A stretch of DNA of 64,000 bases from Macrostomum lignano. Its lineage: Eukaryota. Of the stretch, positions 42,888 to 54,059 are shown one piece after another (the stretch's first letter is position 1; each line of letters opens with the position of its first letter). The stretch spans positions 297,330 to 361,329 of the forward strand of contig NIVC01000263.1 in the NCBI GenBank assembly GCA_002269645.1, read 5' to 3'. Under the pieces are notes generated by a model that did no database searches, was not told where the DNA came from, and worked only from the letters and a program-made list of their open reading frames with translations. The translations under genes and the position numbers were made by a program.

Positions 42888-43064
42888 ATGCCTGCATATA
42901 TTATGAGAAACCTTGTGAGCAATATTTTCTAAGAACCATTTGCTTGGTTGATTTTTAGCTCTTCTTGTCCACTTTCTATGAGAAAGTAAATTTTTTTTAA
43001 TCCATGGCTCAATCGCTTCTCCTAACAGTCCTTTTGATCAACCCAGAGACAAACGTTTTTAGTA

Positions 43065-43870
43065 CAGTAGACTAGAGACAATCATTTTTTGTATAGTGGA
43101 CTAGAGACAGATCATTTTTTGTATAGTGGACTAGAGACAAATCATTTTTTGTATAGTGGACTAGAGACAAATCATTTTTAGTATAGTGGACTAGAGAGAA
43201 ATCATTTTTAGGATAGTGGACTAGAGGGAAATCATTTTTAGTATAGTGGACTAGAGGGAAATCATTTTTAGTATAGTGGACTAGAGAGAAATCTTTTTTA
43301 GTATAGTGGACTAGAGAGAAATCATTTTAGTATAGTGGACTAGAGAGAAATCATTTTTAGTATAGTGGACTAGAGGGAAATCATTTTAGTATAGTGGACT
43401 AGAGAGAAATCATTTTAGTATAGTGGACTAGAGAGAAATCATTTTTAGTATAGTGGACTAGAGGGAAATCATTTTTAGTATAGTGGACTAGAGAGAAATC
43501 ATTTTTAGGATAGTGGACTAGAGGGAAATCATTTTTAGTATAGTGGACTAGAGGGAAATCATTTTTAGTATAGTGGACTAGAGAGAAATCATTTTTAGTA
43601 TAGTGGACTAGAGGGAAATCATTTTTAGTATAGTGGACTAGAGAGAAATCATTTTTAGTATAGTGGACTAGAGAGAAATCATTTTTAGGATAGTGGACTA
43701 GAGGGAAATCATTTTTAGTATAGTGGACTAGAGGGAAATCATTTTTAGTATAGTGGACTAGAGAGAAATCTTTTTTAGTATAGTGGACTAGAGACAAATC
43801 ATTTTTTGTTTAGTAAATTAGAGACAAATCATTTTTAGTATAGTGGACTAGAGACAAATCATTTTTTGTA
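43065..43870. repeat. 30-bp minisatellite GTATAGTGGACTAGAGAGAAATCATTTTTA
   Basis: About 27 copies. Confidence 0.92.
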
Positions 43871-44222
43871 AGCTTAGTAAGTATGTGCTCGTAGGTAGGT
43901 GGGTAGGTAGCTAGATAGATAGGTAGGCATGCTAGTAAGCAAGCCTCACAGAGCTTATGAAGGTCATGTATACATGTAACTCTTTGCTACAGTATATGAA
44001 AAACTCAAATAAGTTTAGTGAAAATACGAGCCCTAGTAACAACACACTTTATAATAGCAGTAACAGTCAAGTTAAGAATCAGAAAACTCAGAAGCAATTT
44101 CTTCGCAAGTAGATTATGGAGCTCATTTTAAATCGCGGAGTTTATTCAATTTGAAGTCTATAGCAAAGTATGCCAGCGAGGGTCGCATTCTCAGAGTTAT
44201 TGTCATCAGTAATTTTAGCCAA

Positions 44223-44911
44223 TCAGCGCAGGTCGAACTTGACCCATTCGCCGCTGCTTCCAACGCTTTGCTCAACCAGCGAGTTGGCGAACTGCAGCAG
44301 GCGGCATTTCTTCAAGTTGCTGTTGTACAGCACCTGCCTGGAGTTGCCAGCCTGCAGTGCATTGGCAACACACATTCTGCCGCTGTCTACGGACTGCTGC
44401 ACATCTTCGTAGCAATACCAAGAGTGGTAGTGCGTTCGATTGAACTGGGTGGCGATCCACAATGACGCCGGAGTTGTCATCGGCGAGCTCGTGCTGTTTG
44501 AGTACTCGCAAACATATCCGTACCTGGCTGTGCAGGTCATGTCTCCGATTCTGTTGTTGCTCGACGTTAGAAAGTCGATCGCGGAGCTGTCCGTTGAGAA
44601 CTTGCCGTTGCCGTTGACCCGCTGCCAGCCCGCTGCGCTGCCGCCTCGAATGTCGGCTAGCGAGCACAGGCCGACCGACAGAGCAGTTTCACTGACTCGT
44701 ACAAATTTATCAGTTCGCCACCGATCGATTGGCACTGACGGTTGGCCTCGCACCAGGTGAAGCTGTGCGCTGGATTGACGAACACGCATTGACCGGCTTG
44801 CAGGCTGAATGGCTGGGGGCACTGGGCTGCTGACTCAGACCGGGACTGGGACACTCGAAGTAGAGTAATCAACAATTGAAGTAGTTGCAACGCTGGAATC
44901 TTTGTTGTCAT
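44223..44911 (-). pseudogene. Secreted C-type lectin-like protein with a C-terminal PAN/apple-like segment; one frameshift near 44700 (pseudogene or sequence error)
   Basis: Frame 1 (ATG 44911): hydrophobic leader MTTKIPALQLLQLLITLL, then CPQPFSLQAGQCVFVNPAHSFTWCEANRQCQSIGGELINL (CTLD N-half). Frame 2 continues ETALSVGL...GWQRVNG...GDMTCTARYGYVCEY (CTLD C-half), then ...RMCVANAL...VLYNSNLKKCRLL. The span is 689 nt (not a multiple of 3), and the only GT..AG at the junction is 11 nt long. Confidence 0.6.
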
Positions 44912-45801
44912 GGTTACTAAACTAGTTGGGATTTTTAAGGACAATTTCTCGTGATGATATTAGATAGTTTATATAGAGTATTTTTTTTCTTAGCCAGAAA
45001 ATTTTCAAGAATCTGACATCAAAGTTGAATTGTTGTTGAGACTTGTACGAGTGTGACAGAACTGTTCTAATGGCAGCTTTTCATCAAGGATTCTGCTTTT
45101 TGCATGACTAGCCGGAGGCCCCAGCTACTTGTCAATCTATCAGGCTATCAAATTACGAAAAGTTTTCTTTGTTTCACAGGACACTGGATCGTAATTAATG
45201 CATTCACAGGGCTGCACACGCGTGTCCCAAAACTTGACTTTCCCACACTAATCTGCATCTGAAGCGAACATGCATCCAAATTATTTAAACAGCGAGTTGT
45301 CCAACAGCTTTCAGATTTAGTAGGTTGGCAGATGTACTTTAACAGTATTTCTGTACGTAGCTATTAAAGAAGAGATCGATTTTTAAACTTGTTAACATCT
45401 TGACACAGAAAAACACCGTACTTCGTACTTCTATGCTCGCATAATAATAGCCTTTTACATGCAGATCGAGATCGGTACGACATACAGTACTGTATCATAT
45501 GCTGCACGGTAGATCTAAGTTTGAGAAGTTGGGGGGGGAAGGGTAGTGTCGGTAAAAGTACAAGTACATGAGGGCTAAACATAATTCCATAAGAATACCT
45601 TACTTTATCAATGTACTTTTCTTGTAAAGGATAGACAGGTTTAGCGAAACTAAACAAAAAAAAAGTTTTGGAAACAAAAAATAATTTATAAACTGCACCG
45701 AAACTTTATTGATTAATCGGGAAGAGAAGAGCTTGTTAATCATACGCTCGTATATCTCGTTTTCTCTTGGCTTCGAAAAGTCAAAAATAAAACTGGCTTC
45801 A

Positions 45802-46473
45802 CTATCCCATGATGCGCAGGAGTCCACCGGATGCAACCCTGGTGATAGCCCCGGTCAGACTTCCGGTCACAGCCTCGACGATACTCCTTTTCCCCCAGCT
45901 GAAGAGCGTGCTGCACGCCTGATAGACGCTGTTGAAAGCGCTTTTCGCGTATTCGCGCATGCCAACGCGGCCACGCCAGACGTCGCCAAGGCCCAGAAAA
46001 TGCAGGCTGATCTTTTGCCCGTAGCGGCACAGAGTGGCAAAGTGCTCGCAGTTGTTGGCGGCAACATTGTAGTCCCAGTGCTTGTACAACCAGCTGCGAG
46101 CGTCGAACACAATCTGCGGCCTTGGCTTGGCCGGCAGGTCGTAATCGTGCAAGTTGTTCTTGCGCACCAGTGTGCCACGGAATACTTCTACCAGTAGGCC
46201 TCGCTTAGCTGGGCCCGATCCGACAATGTGAATGACGTCTCCATTGCCTACATAAACAGCGTAGTGGCTGTAAAAAAATTGATATATGTAGTTGCCCTTC
46301 TGCTGCACGAGGTCGCCAGGCTGCAGATGATTCACCAGGCTCTCCGGATCGCAGAAGTCGGAGGTGTCATGTCCACTGGCCTGACTGCCGGCATAGTTGT
46401 CGTATGCTGTCAGCGCTGAGCAACGAGTGTCTCTGTAGCCTCCGCTACGGTAGCTGCTGCTTGACTGTCCCAT
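45802..46473 (-). CDS. LRAT/PLAAT (HRASLS)-family permuted NlpC/P60 phospholipase/acyltransferase, 223 aa, intronless
   Basis: LQPGDLV, H-box SHYAVYVGNGDVIH and NC motif YNVAANNCEHFATLCRYG (His-His-Cys triad intact). The ATG start gives MGQSSS, matching the MGxxxS N-myristoylation consensus. Confidence 0.88.
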   Translation of the reverse strand: MGQSSSSYRSGGYRDTRCSALTAYDNYAGSQASGHDTSDFCDPESLVNHLQPGDLVQQKGNYIYQFFYSHYAVYVGNGDVIHIVGSGPAKRGLLVEVFRGTLVRKNNLHDYDLPAKPRPQIVFDARSWLYKHWDYNVAANNCEHFATLCRYGQKISLHFLGLGDVWRGRVGMREYAKSAFNSVYQACSTLFSWGKRSIVEAVTGSLTGAITRVASGGLLRIMG

Positions 46474-47569
46474 TCAGATGCAACAGCCGAATTCTGCTGC
46501 AGGATTCTCTCTGAGAGGGGAAATCTTGCCGACCTAAAACTTCTTGCACAGCGACTTAAAATTGCAGTAGTACTCGCGTATATAAAATGATTGTTGCTAT
46601 AAGGTACTAGAATGAAAAAAGGTTTGAAATTACCCTTGAATTGAGCATCCACTGCACAGAGAATTACGAGTATGTAGTGCTGTACATGGACACTGTACAC
46701 TCAAGAGAAGTTCTGCTTGAAGCTTTTAACTGATCTGCTCAATGTGCAATATTAGCTCGTATTAGACAATTTCTAAACGGTATGCACTTGATACTGTAAG
46801 CCATTTAATAATTTTTTCACTTGTGTACAATGAGGTCTACACCCTGCAGAAGAAATAAGCGCTCTGTTTATTAGAGTTTATTTTTCGGGAATTTCTGCTT
46901 CTTCTACACATTTTGCGTGTCTTCTATGTTTGAAGCTTTTTTATTAAGTTGTCTGCATCAGAGTAGAGAGATTTTGAAAATTAGCGTTATCGGACTATCT
47001 TTACCAGTGTCCTGGTTGAGTATCTTGGCGTGAGCAAAAAGGGAACTTAAGGAGCATATTATAAGTAAGATTGTATTTTACACGTGTATTGCGTGGAATA
47101 GCATTTAGCACAGTATTGTAGCTCTCTCTAATAAGGAACTAAGAGAACGATAGCTTATTTTAGTTGCCGTATTTCTACATCATGCCTAAATTTAGCTTTT
47201 ACCTGTTCTCACAGTTTTTCGTAGACACAAAAGAAACGATGGCACTTTATGCCCTGTTTTTATATTCATTTGACTCGGAGCTCGGGGGGGAATAAACTGC
47301 ATGAAGCTTTTTTACCTTGTACAATCGCTTTTGCCATTATCCTAAGAAAAAGATTTTTAAAGCAAAAAAAGTATTAGTCCCGATAGCTAGCTGTCCAGCC
47401 TAGGACATCAGCGTCCCCTGTGAGCTTTGGCATCGAAGCCTCCCTTCTTAAGCCATGGCTTAACCCTGACTCTCCCTTTGATCTGCCTTTGGCTTGGCTT
47501 CCAATTCACCCTTGGGATCTCAGCAACCGCCTTCTATCATGAGCCACAGCATTTCGGCAATGCTCTCAT

Positions 47570-47991
47570 GAGGGTCGCCATCATAAGCTCCAAAAATCAC
47601 ATCGTCGAAAAATTTAGCAACCACCATCACAAGCTCGAAAAATCATAAGCTCGAAAAATCACATCGTCGAAAAGTTTAGCAACCACCATCACAAGCTCTA
47701 ACCCTAACCCGAAGGCACTAATAATAACCCTAAGGCACAAGTACCCTAACCTAACCCTGAACCACAATCCTAAGGCACTAACCCTAACCCCAATCCAAAC
47801 CTAACCCTAAACCCTAACCCTAAGGCACAAGCTCTAACCCTAACCCTATTCGAGCTTGTGATGGTGGTTGTTAGACTTTTCGACGATGTGATTTTTCGAG
47901 CTTATGACTTTTCGAGCTTATGACTTTTCGAGCTTTTGATGGTGGATGCTTTTCGACGATGTGATTTTTCGAGCTAGTGATGGGCCCCCTC
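47570..47991. mobile_element. Foldback/MITE-like element: ~130-bp inverted arms around a degenerate (CCCTAA)n core
   Basis: The left arm GAGGGTCGCCATCATAAGCTCCAAAAATCACATCGTCGAAAA...CCACCATCACAAGCTC matches the reverse complement of the right arm (47851-47991). Flanks are TCAT / TTAT. Confidence 0.72.
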
Positions 47992-48417
47992 TTATGAGCC
48001 TTGAAATCTCAGCAATTCCCCCCTCCCCAACAGCCACAGCATCTCAGGAATTTCCCACATAAAATGTTTATGTTTATGTTTTATGTTCGATGACATAAAC
48101 TGTAACAGTTTGTGTAATTCAACACTCACACCAAGTCCGTTAGAGTAAAAGTTACAGAAAGCAGTTATGACGTAATAATGAGTTTCTCAGTCGTTCAGTT
48201 TTCAAGTCGAAAATTCTGCTTGACCTTTGCAAAAAAACAAGTTTTTCGAATACGAGTATTTAATTCCCTTAGCATTGAGCAATCAATGTGATTGATTCAT
48301 GGATTGATTCCGAAAAAAATCCCATCCAATAGTTAAAATTTGAAGAAAATTAGTCCAACCTCTATGTAGATAATCGATGGCATTTAAGCACGAAAGTAGA
48401 GTATAATAGAAGATTCC

Positions 48418-50220
48418 GAATAGATTCCGAATAGATACAGAATAGATACAGAATAGATACAGAATAGATACAGAATAGATACAGAATAGATACATGTACA
48501 GAATAGATACAAAATAGATACATGTACAGAATAGATACAGAATAGATACAGAATAGATACAGAATAGATACAGAATAGATATAGAATAGATACAGAATAG
48601 ATACAGAATAGATACAGAATAGATATAGAATAGATACAGAATAGATACAGAATAGATACAGAATAGATACAGAATAGATATAGAATAGATACAGAATAGA
48701 TACAGAATAGATACAGAATAGATACAGAATAGATACAGAATAGATACAGAATAGATACGGACTAGATACACAATAGATACATGTACAGAATAGATACAGA
48801 ATAGATACAGAATAGATACGGACTAGATACAGAATAGATACATGTACAGAATAGATACAGAATAGATACAGAATAGATACAGAATAGATACAGAATAGAT
48901 ATAGAATAGATACACAATAGATACAGAATAGATACAGAATAGATACAGAATAGATATAGAATAGATACAGAATAGATACATGTACAGAATAGATACAGAA
49001 TAGATACGGACTAGATACAGAATAGATACAGAATAGATACAGAATAGATACAGAATAGATACAGAATAGATACAGAATAGATACAGAATAGATACATAAT
49101 AGATACAGAATAGATACAGAATAGATACAGAATAGATACAGAATAGATACAGAATAGATACAGAATAGATACATGTACAGAATAGATACAGAATAGATAC
49201 GGACTAGATACAGAATAGATACATGTACAGAATAGATACAGAATAGATACGGACTAGATACAGAATAGATACATGTACAGAATAGATACAGAATAGATAC
49301 ATGTACAGAATAGATACAGAATAGATACGGACTAGATACAGAATAGATACATGTACAGAATAGATACAGAATAGATACAGAATAGATACAGAATAGATAC
49401 AGAATAGATACAGAATAGATACATGTACAGAATAGATACAGAATAGATACGGACTAGATACAGAATAGATACATGTACAGAATAGATACAGAATAGATAC
49501 GGACTAGATACAGAATAGATACATGTACAGAATAGATACAGAATAGATACGGACTAGATACAGAATAGATACATGTACAGAATAGATACAGAATAGATAC
49601 AGAATAGATATAGAATAGATACAGAATAGATACAGAATAGATACAGAATAGATACAGAATAGATATAGAATAGATACAGAATAGACACAGAATAGATACA
49701 GAATAGACACAATAGATACAGAATAGATACAGAATAGATACATGTACAGAATAGATACAGAATAGATACAGAATAGATACAGAATAGATACAGAATAGAT
49801 ACAGAATAGACACAATAGATACAGAATAGATACAGAATAGATACAGAATAGATATAGAATAGATACAGAATAGATACATAATAGATACAGAATAGATACA
49901 GAATAGATACAGAATAGATACAGAATAGATACGGACTAGATACAGAATAGATACATGTACAGAATAGATACAGAATAGATACGGACTAGATACAGAATAG
50001 ATACATGTACAGAATAGATACAGAATAGATACGGACTAGATACAGAATAGATACATGTACAGAATAGATACAGAATAGATACAGAATAGATATAGAATAG
50101 ATACAGAATAGATACAGAATAGATACAGAATAGATACAGAATAGATACAGAATAGATACAGAATAGATATAGAATAGATACAGAATAGATACAGAATAGA
50201 TATAGAATAGATACAGAATA
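48418..50220. repeat. 11-bp satellite ACAGAATAGAT with ACATGT / GGACT variants
   Basis: Period 11. Confidence 0.94.
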
Positions 50221-50698
50221 GAAGAGTAATAGAAGCGTAAAGAAGAGAAGAAATCTGAATGTTTTGTACCTTTTAGTTAAATGGAAAGCAAAATGCCAAT
50301 ACCCTACTTGAAGTAGAAACAACAATAAAATTACATCGAAAAATTCGTTTATGTGAGCAGCTCAAGCTGTTCTTTTCAACGCTCTCGACCGTTTTTTTAG
50401 TATTTTGAGCATAGCCAGCTTTTGCCCCAAGGTGCACAATGGAGTAGTGAGTTCATCTTGATGCAGGCGGGCTGGGGCAAACTACAATACTGTACATTGT
50501 GGCAGTTTTTTCAACCTACTTGTACAACTTCAGACACTTTGCGAGTGCTTTCAGCTTGTTGCACACAGAGAGAGTCCACTCAAAATTCCGTTTAAATACA
50601 ACGATAGCTAACCCTTATACGTAAATTCGACTGGAACTTTTTTGCTAAAATCATCTGTTCCTTGTTCTAATTGGAATTCGCTTGCTGTAAATGAGAAC

Positions 50699-52778
50699 AT
50701 GTCTCAAGTCGGTGGACGCAACCAGGAACGGATATCGGTACGTTGTAGAATCGTAAATGAGTCGTGAGAAAGTCGGCCAAAGGTCTAGCGTTAGCGCTTA
50801 ACTTTCTACTAACTCAGAGTGAATTGCGATTCTAATTCATGATTCATGATAAGTGACGCAGATGCGCTTTAGACGCAGCTCAGTTATTTACCTCGTAGTG
50901 ACTTCAGCACGCCTCAGATCCAGCTCTACAGTCTCAGAGTCACTTGCGTCACGTCACGTAAGAGTCGTTTCAGAGTCAAAAACAATAAAACACCCGACTC
51001 TTTGACGAATTTTTGGCGACTTGTACCGTGACATCTCATCGTTTTAGAGTCGTCTAGAGTCAAACTATTTCCTACTTCCTACTCTGGGACACGTCTTGGC
51101 CTGGGTACCGTTTTCATCGGGTCAGCAGTCAGTTTGTCAGTCAAATTTCGGACTCGGTCTCAAAACCTGTAGACTCAGTTATCCTTAATGACGCTCTTTG
51201 GTACTGTGCAGTAGGACTGTGTGAGACGATTGACAGAAAATTGATGGGCGAGTCACTGTTTAGACCCAACTTTAAATCAACTTTTAGGCCCGAGAACGCA
51301 GAAGTCTGAACGTTCTTCTCGTGGGGAAAACCGGCAGCGGCAAGAGCAGTCTCGGCAATGCGCTGCTGCGAGCTGGAGGGCGCCAGGAGGGCGCCGCCGC
51401 CGCTAACTTCGACGCATTCGGCGTCAACCACTCGTTCTGCAGTTCCAGCGTCGACTGCGAGGTTGCCGAGGCGTCCGTGGAAGGAAGACAGCTGACCGTG
51501 GTAGACACACCGGGTACAATGGATTCCAACAACCGCGAGAGAGCGCTTCATGAGGTGGCCAATGCCATAGTTCATTGTCGCGAGGGGTTTCACGTAATTC
51601 TAATAATAATCCGTGTTGACTGTCGCTTCACTGATGAAGACAGAGCCGCTGTGGAACTTGTGACGCGCATGTTCGGTGAAGACTTCTACAAGCACTGCAT
51701 AGTGGTGTTCAGCCACGGCGATGACATCGGCAATAGCGAAGAAGCGTTCGCCAGGCTCATCCACGAGGCCCGGAACGCAACCAAATTCCTAAACAGTCTT
51801 CTGAACCAATGCGGAAATCGCTTTGTCCTTGTAGACAATCATGGAAGCGTAGAGCACCTTCTTAGCAGGATGGACAGTCTGGTCCAGCAGAACAGAGGCG
51901 CGACCTTCACCAACCGGTACTTTGCTGAGGCTAAGGAGGCGCTGCGTCAGCTGCGGCCTGCTCTGCAATCCGAAGAGCAGCAGCGTCGCGAAGAATTCAA
52001 CAGGCTTGTGGAGAATGCGGGAAAGGACGAGCTGGTTCGACTGAGGAATGAACTGGAGCGGGACCTACAGCGGATTGGGGAGGCCGCGATGAAGAGAGCT
52101 GCAACTGATGTTGCTAATAGCGCCATTTTGAACGGTGACACCTGCTTCCCAAGCGACGCCACGGTCGTAACGCCCGATGGTCCAGTGCAGCTGCGCGACC
52201 TCCGGCTGGGCCAGCTGGTGCTTGGCAGGAAGGGCAGCTCAGGTAACCGCCTGGCATTTTCACCGGTCTACGCCTGGGGCCACCGGAACCCGGAGGTGGC
52301 GGACGCAACCTGGCTGTCGATTCGAACAGAATCTGGCGCGTGCCTCGCGCTGAGCCCCGGGCACCTGCTGCTTCTGGCCGAGACGGCAGAGAGTGCGGCT
52401 TGTGCACCGCGCGCTGCTCCCGCCAGCCAGCTGCGTGCCGGACAATCCTCTCTGTGGACGATGGGACCAGGTGGACTCCGAAGAGACCTCGTTGTGTGTG
52501 TTCAACAAGCCAGCAGCAGAAGCCACCGCGGCATCTACGCACCGTTCACCCTGAGCGGCAGTCTACTGGTTGACGGCGTGCTGGCATCCTGCTACGTCGA
52601 CTGCGGCCCGCTGACCGCGCCGCAGATGCACGCCCTCCTGGCTCCGGTGCGAGCAGCCTGGCGCGTCTGGCCAGCCGGCATGGCAGCCGTTGGCTGCCCT
52701 CAGCCCGGCAGTGGCGGCGGCATGCCCTGCTGGGTCCGACTGGCAGCAAAGCTCACCCGAGCTCTGTCTGAGGCATGA
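50699..52778 (+). CDS. AIG1/GIMAP-family GTPase fused to a Hedgehog-type Hint + sterol-recognition-like (Hog) domain, ~509 aa
   Basis: Predicted exon 1 50699-50737 (MSQVGGRNQERIS|GTACGT) and exon 2 51288-52778 (TTTTAG|, phase 0). GIMAP motifs: LNVLLVGKTGSGKSSLGNALL, VVDTPG, GFHVILIII..RFTDED...MFGE...IVVFSHGD, LLNQCGNRFVLVDN, QNRGATFTN, then a coiled coil. Hint starts at Cys codon 52143 (T|CFPSDATV): LRLGQLVL, FSPVYAWGHRN, LALSPGHLLL, GIYAPFTLSGSLLVDGVLASCY. SRR-like tail: HALLAPVR...GMPCWVRL. Exon 1 is less certain than exon 2. Confidence 0.9.
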
Positions 52779-53159
52779 AGGCCATTCAACGTTATTCTGT
52801 TTCCCGCCAGACTCTTGCTGAAAGAGGCGTTCTAGCTCTTGCAGCTTGTTAAAAGCAACTCTCTGATCTATGCATGCGGTATGTCATATCCTTAGATTGC
52901 ATCACCCAAATTGGGACAAGTACGCTCGTACTCTACTTTCAGTAGCCACATTTTTCTAAATAAATGACTAAAATTCTGAGAATTGGACAAGCAATTACAT
53001 GCGGCAATGTGGCTTCTTTTCACGTCACTGAATACTCGAAATGTTTGCGACAAGGACTACTAGAAGTACTTAGGTTCACTATTTTAACTTCAATTTCGTG
53101 TCTTAAAGCTAGATAGTCAGTCTGCTGCCTTTTGGACCATTTCTCACCTTTCGAACATC

Positions 53160-53640
53160 CAAATACCACTTTGAGCTGCCACCTCAGACCAAATACCACT
53201 TTGAGATGCCACCTCAGACAAAATCCCAACCTTGAGATGCCACCTCAGACCAAATACCACTTTGAGATGCCACCTCAGACAAAATACCACCTTGAGATGC
53301 CACCTCAGACAAAATCCCACTTTGAGATGCCACCTCAGACAAAATACCAACTTGAGATGCCACCTCAGACCAAATCCCACTTTGAGATGCCACCTCAGAC
53401 AAAATACCAACTTGAGATGCCACCTCAGACCAAATCCCACTTTGAGATGCCACCTCAGACAAAATACCAACTTGAGATGCCACCTCAGACCAAATCCCAC
53501 TTTGAGATGCCACCTCAGACAAAATACCAACTTGAGATGCCACCTCAGACCAAATACCACCTTGAGATGCCACCTCAGACCAAATGCCACTTGAGATACC
53601 ACCCCAAACCTAGTACCACACTGAGATACCACCTCAGACC
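53160..53640. repeat. 30-bp minisatellite TTGAGATGCCACCTCAGACCAAATACCACT
   Basis: About 16 copies. Confidence 0.9.
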
Positions 53641-54059
53641 AAACGCATACCAGCTTCAAAAATATTCGAAAATCATAAAGGCGAAAATATAGACAATTTA
53701 GAGGCTGAAAACTTAAAAGTAATTATTTCGTTAAATGAAATAAACAATCGTTATGTTCAATCCCATGTGCAGTCAAAATGTAGCTGTTCGATTTTGGAAA
53801 AACAAAATTGAAATACGCGTTTATGCTTGAGTCATTTTTTTTAAACTGCATAAGCACTGCTCGCAATCAGTTTGATTAATCCAATTTGGCGGCAATTTTT
53901 TATGAAGGAAACACAATTTTTATCATTTTAATTGTTATCGTTCTATTTTTGTTTTTGATTGAAATCTGCTGCAGTTGCCGCCGTCTGAGTAAAGCATTAG
54001 AAAGCAGGCTTCATCTCTTTCCTCCGACTGGCTTCAACCGACTGACTGTGTGGAATTGC

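Noticed and set aside
52143-52778. Protein-splicing intein in the GTPase gene
   Set aside because: No C-terminal His-Asn followed by Cys/Ser/Thr and no C-extein; it ends in ASCY plus an SRR-like tail, typical of Hedgehog Hog domains.
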